Part shown: positions 1 to 15,058 of the stretch, in pieces | How positions within the stretch are numbered: position 1 is the first letter of the stretch | How the letters are laid out: each line of letters starts with the position of its first letter | From: the human T2T-CHM13v2.0 reference genome, Homo sapiens | DNA: 64,000 bases | Direction: 5' to 3' (one strand) | NCBI RefSeq assembly: GCF_009914755.1 | Contig: NC_060934.1 | Position numbers and translations under genes: made by a program | Notes under the pieces: generated by a model | The model's input: only the letters and a program-made list of their open reading frames with translations | Databases searched by the model: none | Told to the model about the DNA's origin: nothing

Positions 1-18
1 AGAAACAGAACCAATAGG

Positions 19-62
19 ATATATCTATATCTATATCTATATCTATATCTATATCTATCTAC
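19..62. repeat. (TATCTA)n microsatellite
   Basis: Directly visible; expanded internal microsatellite of the MLT2. Confidence 0.95.
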
Positions 63-63
63 A

Positions 64-1400
<1,337 letters not shown>

Positions 1401-1946
1401 TATAATGGTTTATTACAAAGAATTAGCTCATGCAATTATGGAAGCTGAAAAGTTCCACAATGTGCCATCAGCAAGCTGGAGACCCAGAAAAAGTGGTGGT
1501 GTAGTTCAAAGGCCAGAGAGCCACTGGTGCAGATTCCAGTCCAAGTTTAAGGCCTGAAAACCAGGTGTATCAAGGACAGGGGAAGGTTGATGTTCTGGCT
1601 CAACTAGTCTGGCAGAAAGCAAATTCAGCCTTCCTCTGCCTTTTTGTTCTATTCAACCCTTCAACAGATTGGATGATGTCCACCCACAATGGGGAGGGCC
1701 AGCTACTTTACTAGGTCTACCAATTTAAATGCTAATGTCTTCCAGAAACACTCTGACAAACACATCCCAAAATAATGTTTAAGTAGCTAGTTGAGCATCT
1801 TTTGGCCCAGTCAAGGGGACACATAAAATAACCATTACATGTTCTAATGGGAAAAGTGAACAACACAAAAAATAGATGGGTAATGTAAGCAGAGAGATGT
1901 AAACTCTAAGAGAGAATCAAATGGAAATGTTAAAAATAAAAAACAC

Positions 1947-2120
1947 CACAAAGGATAAATGCTTGAGGGGATGGATATCCCATTCTCCATGATTGGATTA
2001 TTACACATTGCATGCCTGTATCAAAACATCTCATGAACCCCAAAAATATAGGCATCTACTATGTACCCACAAAAATTAAAAATTAAAATTGAATAAAAAG
2101 AAAAAAATAAATAAATAAAT
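1947..2120 (+). mobile_element. 5'-truncated L1MA (L1MA2-like) 3' end inside the L1MC
   Basis: CACAAAGGATAAATGCTTGAGGGGATGG...GTACCCACAAAAATT; TSD AAAAATAAAAAACAC at 1932-1946 and 2121-2135. Confidence 0.85.
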
Positions 2121-2785
2121 AAAAATAAAAAACACTGTAACAGATATGAAGAATGCCTTTAATAGGCTCAGCTGTAGACTGGACACAGCTGAGGAAAGCA
2201 TTAATGAGTTTCAAGATGTCAGTAGAAACTTCCCAAAATAAAATACAAAGAGAAAAAAGAATATTTTTTTAAGAAGAAATCGAATATTCAAAAAGTGTGA
2301 GACAACTACAATAAGTGTAATAAATACATAATGGCAATGCCAGGAGAAGAAAGAGAGAAAAGAACAAAATAAATATTTGAAGAGATAATGACCAAAATTT
2401 TTCAAAATTTAATGACAGACACCAAACTACAGATCCAGGAAGTTCAGGGAAAGCCAGCAGAATAGATACCAAAAAATCTACATCTAGACATATTATATCT
2501 AAATTGCAGAAAATCAAAGATAAACAGAAAAACTTTGGAAGCAGCCAGAGGAAATAAACACCTTACCTAAAAAGGAACACGGATAATAACCACATTAGAT
2601 TTCTCTTCAGAAACTGCACACAAGCAAAACAGTGGCATGAAATATTTAAAGTGTTGAAAGAATAAACCCTCAACCTATAGTTTCACTTCCAAGAAAATTA
2701 TTCTTTAAAAAGGAAGAGAAATAAAGACTTTTCTGGACAAAAATTGAGGGAATATGTCACCAGAAGACCTGCCATGCAATAACAG

Positions 2786-2908
2786 TAAGCACAGTGGCAT
2801 ATGCCTGTAGTTCCAGCTATTCAGGAGGCTGAGGTGGGAGGATTGCCTAAGCCTAGGAATTCAAGGCCAGCCTAGGCAACATAGTGAGACCCCCCCAGTC
2901 TCTAAAAT
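2786..2908 (+). mobile_element. Alu monomer (FLAM/FAM)
   Basis: Single diverged Alu arm with short A-tail. Confidence 0.8.
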
Positions 2909-4327
2909 AATAACAAGAGTAACAAGGTATTCAGTGATTATAGTTTATTTGGTGATTATAGCTTGTAATTCAGTGATTATAGCTTATCCTGCTGGATCTG
3001 TTAATTTACCAGTAATTTAGAGATCCTGCAGGATAAATCAAATGAATGACAGCAATATTATAAGGGATGAAAGGGAGGAATTGGATAGCCTCTGTTATAA
3101 GGCACTTGTATTATTCATGTACTGGTGTGGTATTATTATTATTTGAAAGTAAACTTGGATTGGTTGTTAATGCAAGCCCTAGGGAAACCACCAAAATATT
3201 TTTTTAAAGAATACAATTTATATGCTTAGAGAGAAAATGGAATCATATAAAGTGCTCAATACCAGAGAAGAAACAGAGAATAAGGGCAGCAAATACAAAA
3301 CAGTGAAAAATATGGTAGATATTAACACAACTAAATACTTTAAACACAAAGGGTTTAAATGCACAAATTAAAAGACAGAGACTGTTAGAATGAATTTAAA
3401 AAAGAACACCCAACTATATGTTGTCTATAAGAAACCCACTTTAAATATAAAGAAACACATAAATTAAAAGTAAAAGAATGGAAAAGATACACCATGCTAA
3501 CATGAATCAAATGACAGCTGATGTAGCTATATTAATTTCTTAAAACGCTGACTTCAGAGCAAGGAAAAATATCAGGGATAAAAAGGAGCATTATATAATG
3601 ATAAAAAGATCAATATTCTAAGAAGACATAACTATTAATATGTATAGGTCTAAAAACACAACATCAAGATATGTAAGGCAAAAACTAAAAGAACAACAAG
3701 GAGAAACAAATAAATCCACAAGTACGGTGGAGACTTCGACACCTTTTTATCAGTAATTGACAGATCCAGCAGGCAGAAAATCAGTAAGGACATAGTTGAA
3801 GTAAAAAGCACCATTAAGCAACTGCACCTAGTTGATATTCATGGAGTACTTCATCTAACAACAGCAGAATACACATTCTTCTCAAGTTCATATGGAACAT
3901 TCCCCAAAACAGACCACTTTCTGAGCCACAAAATATACCTTAACAAATGTAAACAATAGAAATCATACAAAGTATGCTCTCACACCACAATGAAATTAAG
4001 CTATAAACAAGTAATAGAAAGATAACTGAAAAAAATCTCAGCATAATTGGACATTAAACAATACACTTCTAAATAACATGTGAGTCAAAGAAGAAATCTC
4101 AAGAGAAATTAAAAATATTTTGAACTAAATGAAAATAAAGATGCAACTTATCAAAACCTATGAAATGCAGCAAAACCAGTGCTTAGAGGGAAATTTATAG
4201 TATTGAAGAAATATATCAGAAAAAAGACAAAGATCTAAAATCAATAATCTAATCTAAGAAACTACAGAAGTAAGAGCAATGTAAGTGTAAAGCAAGCAGA
4301 AAAGAAGAAATAATAAAAATTACAACA

Positions 4328-4605
4328 GGCTGGGTGCAGTGCTCATGCCTGTAATCCCAGTACTTTGGGATGCCAAGGCGGGCAGATCACCTGAGGTCAG
4401 GAGTTCACGACCAGCCTGGCCAACATTGCAAAACCCCATCTCTACTAAAAATACAAAAATTAGCTGGGTGTGGTGGTGTATGCTTATAATCCCAGCTACT
4501 CGGGAGGCTGAGGCAAGAGAATCACTTGAACCTGGGAGGCAGAGGCTACAGTGCAGCCTGGGCAACAGAGTGAGACTCCGTCTCAAAAAAAAGAAAAAGA
4601 AAAAG
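4328..4605 (+). mobile_element. AluS with right-arm deletion
   Basis: Dimeric Alu; TSD AAAAATTACAACA on both sides. Confidence 0.9.
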
Positions 4606-5922
4606 AAAAATTACAACAGAAACCAATAAAATTGAAAATGGGAAATCGATAGAGAATATAAAAAAAAAAGCTGGGTCTTTGCAAAGAGCAATAGAATTAA
4701 TAAAGCTCTAGCCAGGCTAACCCAGAAAAAGAAAAGACAAAACACAAATTACTCATATCATAAATAAAAGAGGGGCCACCATTATTGATCTCATAAACAT
4801 CAAAAGAATAATAACAGAATGTTATTAACAGCTGTATGCCTATAAATTTTATAACCTAGATGAAGTGAATCACTTCCTAGAAAGACATTTTGAAATCTAC
4901 TAAAGCTCAAATAAGGAGAAACAGGTAATCTGAATAATCCTTATCTATTAAAGACATTGAATCAATAATTAATAACCTTCACAAATGGAAAGCATCATTC
5001 CCAGATGGGTTCACTGGTGACTTCGACCAAAAATTTGAGAAGAAAATACTAGTTTTCTACAATCTTTTCCAGGAAACAGAAGCAGAAGAAAAACTTCTTA
5101 GCTCATTCTATTAGGTCAGCATTACCCTAATACCAAAACTAGACAAAGACATTACAAGAAAGAAAAACCACAAACCACTATCTTTCATAAACACAGATGT
5201 AAGAGTCCTCAACACATCAAATCCAGTAATGTATAAAAATAATCGTACATCTTGACCAAGTAAGATTTATTCCATGTATGCAAGACTGATTCAACATTTG
5301 AAAATAAACTAATGGGATTCATCACATCAAAAGGCTAAAGAAGAAAAATATCAATAGATGCAGAAAAAGCATTTGGCCAAATCAAATGCTTAATCATAAT
5401 AAAAATCTCAGTACACTAAGAATAGAGGAGAACTTCCTCAACTTGATAAAGAATATCTACAAGCTACTCAAGAAGCTAAGGCCAATTGCTTAAGCCCCTA
5501 GAGTTTGAGACCAGCCTGGGCAACATGGTTGCCAGGGGTTCATGGGCAGGAGAGAGGGATAAATAAGTGGGGCACAGAAGATTTTTAGGGCAGCGAAATT
5601 ATTTAGCATAATACCATCACGGAGAATACAAGCATCATACATTTGTCAAAACTCATAGAACTGTACAACACAAAAAGTGAACACTGATGTAAACTATGAA
5701 TTTTGGTTAATAATCATATATGAATATTCTTCATCAATTCTAACAAATGTATCACTTTACCCAAGGTGTTATTAACAGGGGAAACCATGTATGGGGTTAG
5801 GGGAGGTGGGATATATGGGAACACTCTACATTTTCTACTCCAGAAATTTTCTGCTCTAGAAAATAAAGTCTATAATTGTTTTAATTTGGTACAAATTCTA
5901 TTATATATATTTACATATACAA

Positions 5923-5923
<1 letters not shown>

Positions 5924-5958
<35 letters not shown>
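5924..5958. repeat. (TG)n microsatellite
   Basis: Directly visible. Confidence 0.97.
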
Positions 5959-5961
<3 letters not shown>

Positions 5962-7234
5962 AAATTGCTTTGTAAAGTTCGTGAAAGCAAACACGGTGTT
6001 TGATTTACCATTATAAATCAAGTACCCCACAAAATGCCTGGCACAAAGAGGTGTGTCACTGTCAGATAAATTAAAGGAACAATGCATAAAGGAACACAAG
6101 CTCTGAAAATACACACATACAGACACACATAATATCTGGTGGTGGGATAAACATAAATCCAAGATTTTACATAAGAAATGAATTCATAGAATCAGCATAA
6201 ATTATCTAAGACCCTTCCTGGGTAGATAAGGGTGGGGAGAATATACAAAGAGAACAATTTAAACAAAAGCACAGAGACAGGCAGGAGGGTATATTTGGGT
6301 CACAGCAAGAGGAGTAACTTCTGGAGACTTTGTATTTCTTTCTAAAACCAGTATAAAAGTTATTTCAGATAGTTATTTCAGATATTACAGTAGTAATATT
6401 GACTGTTGATAAAATGTATTCTTAAATGGTAGGTTTTGCATATTTGCAACTCTATTCTACCATGAATGTTACGATTTTTGTTCTACGATTTTTTTTAATT
6501 CAACTTTACAATGGCTTTCGGCCAAAACCATTAAGGTTCTAATCTGAAGATCACAGGTTTGAAACTTAAGGACCATGCTGACCAAATCAGCTTGACTGTA
6601 CTCCTTAACAAAAGACTCCCTTCTTCAAGAAATATTAAAAACGTGTATGTACAAATTAAGGTAAATCTAGCTTCAACACTAGAAAATGTGTTTCAAGTGG
6701 ATGCCTTTCAGGTGGTCAGTTAGAAATGTCATGCTCTCATCTGAAAGGTAATACACTATTGCTACATGTGATACATATTCACATATTCAAGTTTTTCTTG
6801 TGTACCTATTACCAGACATGAATATTACATGAAAATAATTCCTATTGAGAATCATTAATACTATCTCTCATAAAAAATGTATTTTAACATCAAAATCCAA
6901 GAAAGTTAAAAAAAAATGTTGTTCTAGTATAGAATTAACTTTAAAAAATTAACTTTCTTGCCCTCTCAAGAAAAACTGCTTAGGGGGAAACAAAAACATG
7001 TAGGAAAAAAATGATTGCTACAATCAGAGTATTGCTTCTCATAAATAAAAGCAAGCAACTGGAGAAGCAAAATGTGTATTGCCAAAGTATGCACTTAAAT
7101 ATAGGTTAAAAAAAAATTTCAAAGACAGTAGGGACAATTCTTCATGAAACTCTAGTCAAGAAAATAAATCTCAATCTTCCACTCAAGTCATGGATTGTTC
7201 TCTATTTTCTCTTACAATCTCACACTCAATTTAA

Positions 7235-7535
<301 letters not shown>

Positions 7536-8541
7536 TTCATCAATGTTAAAAAGGAAAAAGCTGAGAGTGGAGATTTCCATATTCAATCTTCATTTAGTAA
7601 TAGATTACACAATTGTAACCAGAAGCACAAAGTGTAGCTATGAAACAAGAGTAGCCAGGCTCATAAGAAACATCTAAAGAGCGGAGACCCAGCAATTGCT
7701 ACTTATACAGCCAGTGATTTATAAGATTATCAGGTATTAGCTCCTCCTCACTTTATCCCTTGAGGATTTTTTTATTAAGCCGGTATTCCACATTTTACTT
7801 TTACATTGACCAAAAGCTTACAATCACAATGTAAAGCAATGTGAGGCTACTTTTCACCAATCACCCTGGCAAAGGTAAAGAAAAAATAATACCATGCTGT
7901 GAAAAGTTTAGAAAGTGAGCTCTCTTCTACACTGTGAGATGTAAATTGGTATAACCTATTAGAAGGAAGAAGTAGTGGTACTCAAAAAATAAAGGGGGGG
8001 CATAAAACTGTCAAAATATCCACACCCTTTGCTCACATTCCACTTCTGGTAACTTATGCCTGGCAAGGGTTCTGGGAGTGAGGAGTTATTAGTCTTCAGG
8101 GCAATGGCAGAGTCTAGTGTAGACACAGCCCCACAGCATCAAATTCAGCTGGGAGCAGCCTGTCTCTTTGAGTCCAGTGTGCCATGTTATTAAAAAGGTT
8201 CATCTCTATATTGAACATGGATTACCTAAGCAATATGTAATAATAAACATATGTGAAATCTTAAAGCATAATAATAAAAAGAACTTACTATGAACCAAGC
8301 ACTGAGCTTTACAATTTAGTGTTTATAACAATCCTATGGGAAGTTAATAATATTTATTATGCCCATTTTCCTTAAAAGAAACTGAGATACAAGTCAACAA
8401 AATCAAGTAATGAAAACTCAGATTAGTCTGACTCTGAAAGCCCTTCAACTTCATTACCACTCATGAAAACTATTTGTAATGAAAGGTTTGAAAGTTACCA
8501 AGAGACTGAGAGATTGACACCAAGTTGGTGAGATTTGCATC

Positions 8542-8948
8542 ATTTAAAGAAAAATTTCAGTCAAATTAAATTTAGTAGAGTTTATTGGAGCAAAAACCAA
8601 TTTATAAGGCAGGCAGCCCTCAGAACCAGAAAAGGTAGAGTGAGCTACCAGCAACATGAGCAGTCAGTATTTATAGACAGAAAAAGGAAATAACACACAA
8701 ACAGTTTCATTGGTTACAGCTCAACATCTGCCTTACTTAGGCAGGATGCCATCAGGCATTTGCCTTATATGGACATTGTCTGATCAACTATCAGCCTGTG
8801 ATTGGCTGAGACTCAGCTGCTGTGATTATCTGAGACTTAGCTATTTGTTACAAGAATATATGCTGTTTGGTTGTAGTTTGTTTACATACTAAGTTAGGTT
8901 GCAGCTCACTACATGCAAAGACAGTTTTAGGCCAAATTTAATTTAATA
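8542..8948 (-). mobile_element. ERV1 solo LTR, MER57/MER93-like
   Basis: Ends TTTAGGCCAAATTTAATTTAATA; internal GATTGGCTGAG and TAAGTTAGGTTGCAG motifs of this family. Confidence 0.7.
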
Positions 8949-9094
8949 GCATTCTTGTTGTTGTTTTAGAAGTAGAAGAGTTGGTTTTGTTGGTATTTAC
9001 CTGAACATGACTTTGATTTTTCAGTAATAAACAACCTTTGCTTTTGTAATTTAAAAAACATTATTTTAAAACATTTAAACTTTACAGGCAAAGT

Positions 9095-9196
9095 AATAAT
9101 TTAAAATGGGAGGAGTCGACGAAGCAAGGAATGTATTCACCTGAGCAATAATTTGAAATGAGAGGAGTCAATGATACAGAGAATTTACTCACCTGA
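9095..9196. repeat. Diverged 52-bp tandem duplication (2 copies)
   Basis: 9095-9144 vs 9147-9196: 40/50 identical, ungapped. Confidence 0.9.
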
Positions 9197-11192
9197 AATT
9201 AAAAAGGATGAGGACAGGGCTACTTAATTTTGGGCTTCAAACATAGAAGGAAAAAAAAAAGTATTCTTAATTTTACTCTATAAAAACATGTTTGTGCTAC
9301 CAACATCTCAACAAAAACTATATGCTCCAGCTCAGTTCCAAATGTAATTTCTAAACAGTAGGACAATATACACATCACCAAAAACCTTAACTAGGGATGA
9401 GAAGTATTCCACAAGGACAATTACCAAGCCATTTTATTTCACTTAAAAAAATTTTTTTTATGGCCACCCCATTCAGAGAGAAACCAAGCCATTTTAGAGA
9501 GTGGAATTCTGTGACTATGTGAATAAGAAGCACTCGTAAGACCAAATGTACAACAAATGATAGTACACAAAAGTTATGCAAAGAAAAGATACCCAAGAGA
9601 AAAACTGCTCTCTGCTTTTCCTTCAACCTAAATTTTTTTCTTGTGTTTTACTTTATTGGATTTATTACAAAACACATGCTTATTTTAATATATCAAACTA
9701 TACAGCAGAAAGAAAAGCTAATAAATCTTCCTCCCCTCAAAATTCCATTCCCCTGAGACAACCAAATCCTTGAACGGCCTCAATTCAGACAAATATTGTG
9801 ACTTCTTTCTTTTGCTTTTTGTTTTGTTTTGTTTTTAAACTAGTATTATGCAATACTCACTGCTTGGTAACTTGCTTTTTTGCTTTACTATTTGTAGCTC
9901 TAACTCACTTTTAAATTATCACTTTCCATATAATGAAGAAACCATAAATATATTCAACCAGTCCCATAAAGGTAAATTTAGTTTGTTTCTGGTCTTTTTG
10001 CTTTACAAACACTGTTGTAATAAGCATCCTTGTAAATATTAATATATCCTTACATATTAATATTTTCATTTCTATTGCAGGAGTTCCCCAAAGTGGTTTG
10101 CTGTAACAAACAATAAGCATGTTTTTATTTTAAGAGATTAACCATTTGCCTAAGCTTTCCACCAAAAAAGTTGTACCAATTGATGCTCAAATCAGCAATA
10201 TTTGGAAGTGCCCATATCCTCAACATTATAAAGATTTTTTATGTTTGCCAATCTGAAAAATAAAATGCTATCAAATGAAAATTAGTCATTTTAGTCTTTT
10301 ATGATTTGTTAATGTATTTTTTATACATTTATTAGCCAGTTACTTTCCCTCTTCTATGAGGTGTCTATTCATACCCCAGAGCCATTTATCCTTTTGGTAC
10401 TTTGTCCTTTTCTTCACAATATGTACAAGTTCTTTGCATAATAGAGATATAATATCTTGTCACATTTTAAATATTTTATTAACCTTTCTTCTGACTTTAA
10501 TTATGATGTTATTTGCTATATTACTTGGTTATACATTTTATAAACCAATAAAAAATATATGGCATTGATTTTGGTGCAGTAAGCACATTATGGCACTGTT
10601 TGCTTTATGCATGAGATCACTGGAATCTTCATAGACTTTAGCTGCTATCTATCATAAGCAAATAGAAGAGAGATTAGCTTCATTTTAACATCAACTGATT
10701 ATATCAATGATCTCTATTTTTAAGATCACTTTAAAGAAAAATGTTGAACGAATTCCCATCATTTTATTACAAGAGGATGAGAGAAGAGAAGGAAGTTTAA
10801 GCAAAAGAATCTGATGTCCTTTTGCAACAGAGAATTTGTGAGAAATGTCCCTTCCTTACAAGGATAATACACAGTAGAAATGCATATTATTAACATATAT
10901 TAGCACAGATATTACACACACATAGTAAAACTCAATTTTAACAGTAGATGCTCACAAGATGGTAGCTATGTGCGAGACACTGTTCTAAGTGCTTTCCATG
11001 AAGGATCACATTTAATTCTCTCAACAACCCTATGAGATATGCACCCTATTTAAAGATGAGGAAATGGGTCTTTGAGAAATGAATTCAGTTACCCTTGTCA
11101 CACAGCTACTATGAAGTCTACTATACTATGTTATTTAGCAGAAAATTGTTGCAGGATCAAAGCTTCCAAAAATACAGAAATACAAAATACTA

Positions 11193-11238
11193 TTAGGTTG
11201 GCGCAAAAGTAATTGTAGGTTTTGCAATTAAAAGTAAT
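11193..11238 (+). mobile_element. Partial MADE1 (Hsmar1 MITE)
   Basis: TA-TTAGGTTGGCGCAAAAGTAATTG matches the Hsmar1/MADE1 TIR. Confidence 0.85.
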
Positions 11239-11331
11239 TATATTATAAAAGTATAGTCTTGCCAGATTTCTAACACATTTGCAAAATCTTATATATCTAT
11301 ATCTGACTTAAATATAAGTATCTTTGAAGGT

Positions 11332-11635
11332 TTTCTGTTTGTTTTCAGACAGGGTCTTGCTCTGTTGCCCAGGCTGGAATGCAGTGATGTGATCACAGAT
11401 CACAGCTCAGTGCAGCCTCCACATCTTGGGCTCAAGCGATCCTCCCACCTCAGCCTCCTGAGTAGCAGGGACCACAGGTGCACACCACTATGCCCTGCTA
11501 ATTTTTGTATTTTTTGTAGAGATAGGGTTTTGCCATATTGCCTAGGCTGGTCTCAAACTGCTGAGCTCAAGCAATCTGCCAGTCTCAGCCTCCCAAAGTG
11601 CCGGGATTACAGGCATGGGACACCAAGCCCAGACC
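11332..11635 (-). mobile_element. AluJ
   Basis: Reverse Alu; flanking TTTGAAGGT TSD. Confidence 0.9.
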
Positions 11636-11699
11636 TTTTGAAGGTCAAAGTGACCTTAATACTGTCCCACAGGAGATCATGTTAGTAAATACCATCCAA

Positions 11700-12400
11700 C
11701 CAAGCATTTTTATGATTAACAGCTGTCAACTGAGCACCAGATGTGCTAGATCCTAGATGTGAGTAAGCAGATATAAAAATATCCAATTAGTAAAAATACC
11801 CTCTAGAAGTCCATTGTCCAGTTAGTTAGGGAAGAAACAGTAATTAAATAGTTCCAATAAGCTGTGTGAAATGCCATGACTGCAAAATATACATGAAGTA
11901 CTATAACACTATAGAAGACAGACTGACTGTCACCATCTGCAGAAGACCATGAAAGTTGCCCAGAAGAGGAGTACTTGAGCTTGTCTTGAAGGAAGATTTT
12001 CCAGGAAGAGAAAAATGAGAATGGCACAAATTAGCAGAGAGAAGACTTGTATGTAGAGGTGGAAAAATGCAAAGGCAGACTGCATTTAAAGAAAGGTTGA
12101 AAAAATAAGTATAGCATGGTCACAGGATCAGATGTTTCACAAAAATAAAGAGTAAAACTGTTTTGGGTCAAGATGGCAAAAGATATTCTGTACAACCCCC
12201 TAAGACGTTTGGACTTTATCCTATTTATAATGGGTAATCATAAAAGGTTTTTAAACAGAGGAATGACATCATATCTTTGTTTTGTACATATAAAACAAAG
12301 ATTGGATTCAATGGACATTTGTGGAGTAGTATTAAAATGATTTTTACTTCATTCCATGAGACAGGGAGAAAGGTCTTATTAATGACACCGATATCTAACT
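11700..12400 (-). mobile_element. L2 fragment
   Basis: Diverged L2 3'-region motifs (CTGAGCACC..TGTGCTAG; TTGGACTTTATCCT). Confidence 0.55.
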
Positions 12401-13020
12401 TGGGCAGACAATGATTACTAACAGATAAAAGCTGCTTCAAGAATCCACATAAATGCACATTAAGGTATTTACTCATCCCTGCAGAGTCCTCATCAATTTC
12501 TAGGCAAACCTAGAGCTTAAAATTAGTTTAGTGGAGGTTCTGCAAAATAGCATGTACTAGTTTTAATTGACACCTTCATCATAGTTCATATCTCAAAGCA
12601 TGGAGAATCTTTAAATTGGCTGAAATCTTACCAGTTGGGAGGAAACTCTGCAGAAGTGACTTTGCCAAGTGTACATACATTTTGAATGATAGGCTGAACC
12701 CAAATTTCCCAACTCAGAGAGCAACTCATTACACTGATTTTTCAAACATCTGAATAATTTCTGGCTGATCAGTTATACACATTGAGACAGACTTAAGTCT
12801 CCATGGAGACTTAAGTGGACATCCGCACCAACCTAAACTATGCCATTTCATACCCCTTGCACCCCACAGCAGCTTTTCAATCCACCAAGACTCTGCAAAA
12901 TGAAGGATAGGGCCGCAAAGAAATTTTAATTATTGCTTATGCACCTGTTCTGTTGGATTCAGTAGACTAAGAAAGCATAGTTTCTGGCATACCTGATGTT
13001 TAATAAAATTTAAAATTGCC

Positions 13021-13195
13021 AGCCAGGTGTGGCAGCACACCTGTAGTGCCACCAGCTCAGGAGACTGAGGCAGGAGGATCATTTAACCCCAAGAGATGGA
13101 GACTGTAGTGAGCTATGATCGCACCACTGCACTCCATCCTGGGCAACAAAATGAGATCTTGTCTCTAAATAAAAAAATTAAAAATTAAAAAAAAA
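13021..13195 (+). mobile_element. Alu monomer (FAM/FRAM)
   Basis: Single right-arm-like Alu with A-tail; AATTGCC flanks. Confidence 0.85.
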
Positions 13196-13321
13196 ATTAA
13201 TTGCCAAAACCTCAAAGACAGGCTAAAAATCCCAAATCTCTTAAGATGTCAAATTTTAAAGTGTTCACTTATCACTGAGATAGTATTTGCTATTATTTAT
13301 CATGTTTGGCAAGATGCTAAA

Positions 13322-13735
13322 GGATATGGTTTGGATGTTTGTCCCCTCCAAATTCCATGTTGAAATATAACCCCCAATGTTGGAGGTGGGGCCCGGTGGG
13401 AGGTATTTGGATCATGGGGGCAGATCCCTCATGAAGGCCTAACACCATCCCCTTGGTGATGAGTGAGTTCTCACTCAGTGAGTTCATGGGAGATCTGGTT
13501 GTTTAAAAGAGTTTGGGACTTTCCCCTTCTCTCTCTTGCTCCCTCTCTTGCCATATGATATGCCTGTCTTTGCCTTCCAGCAAAATTGGAAGCTTCCTGA
13601 TGCCTTAGCAGGAGCAGATGCCAACACCGTGCTTCCTGTACAGCCTGTAGAACCATGAGCCAACTAATAAACCTATTTTCTTTATAAATTGCCCAGTCTC
13701 AAATATTCCTGTATAGCAACACAAAAACTAACCCA
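13322..13735 (+). mobile_element. MSTB-like MaLR solo LTR
   Basis: GATATGGTTTGGATGTTTGTCCCCTCCAAA...GTATAGCAACACAAAA; 5-bp TSD CTAAA (13317-13321, 13736-13740). Confidence 0.85.
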
Positions 13736-14552
13736 CTAAATTACTTCAATGGAAAAACTACTACATTGAAAAGAGCAGCTCATTTTTTAAAGAGTACATT
13801 AAAAATATATCAATATTTTCACATAGTACTAAGCAATTTGAATTAATTACCTAATCATACAATTTGATCCTTATGACTTGAGAGGAAGTAGGAATTATTA
13901 TTCCCAGGCTGCAGATAAGGAAATCATCTCTTGAATCTAATCATGCTCTTGAATCTAATTTTCACCACTTGCACTCTGGACATTCTTTGTATCCCTTCTT
14001 CAAGATCACAACACCTTCCTTTTCTGAGTATTTCATTTCATTTGTGGAGAAAACCAAAACATAGCATTGAAATTCATTCTTTGATGTCAACATTTCATTG
14101 ATATTTATAAGAGGCACATTTAGACAACAAAGTGTTAGTGTAGATGAGACTCTTACACAAGAGCTAGGCCTTTCCTTGCATTTTACAGATAAACCTGAAA
14201 CTCTCACCTGTATGCCACTCATAAACAGGTGGACACTGGGGTCAAAGATGTAATCAGTTTCTCTCCAGCTTCTATACCTATCATTAAAATAATTGGGTGA
14301 CCTTCTTTTCTCAGGAGAGTTCTCCTACTGAATACCAGCAACACCTCCACAGTAGCAATGGGTAGACACTCAAAGGCTGACCATTTTGAGTTGAACTTTT
14401 AACCATTAGGGCCCCTTTTTTTAAACGACCAAGATAGCTGATTTTACAAAAATGTGCAGCATACATAAAACATAATTATAGCCATTTTCTATAACTATCA
14501 TCTCAGAATTACAAACAGTGAGTAGAAAGGGAAGATAAATTGAAAAGCAATC

Positions 14553-15058
<506 letters not shown>

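Larger units (their letters stand above)
1840..5872 (+). mobile_element. L1MC-family LINE-1 (ORF1/ORF2 remnants and 3' UTR), interrupted
   Basis: A-rich ORF1 and endonuclease/RT-like text; 3' UTR GGTTGCCAGGGG...GATTTTTAGGGCAG...AATAAAGTCTAT typical of L1MC1-3. Confidence 0.85.

Noticed and set aside
6505-6625. tRNA-like text (GGTTCTAATCTGAAGATCACAGGTTTGAAAC)
   Set aside because: No complete cloverleaf or intact A/B boxes; at most an ancient tRNA-derived SINE remnant that I cannot assign.
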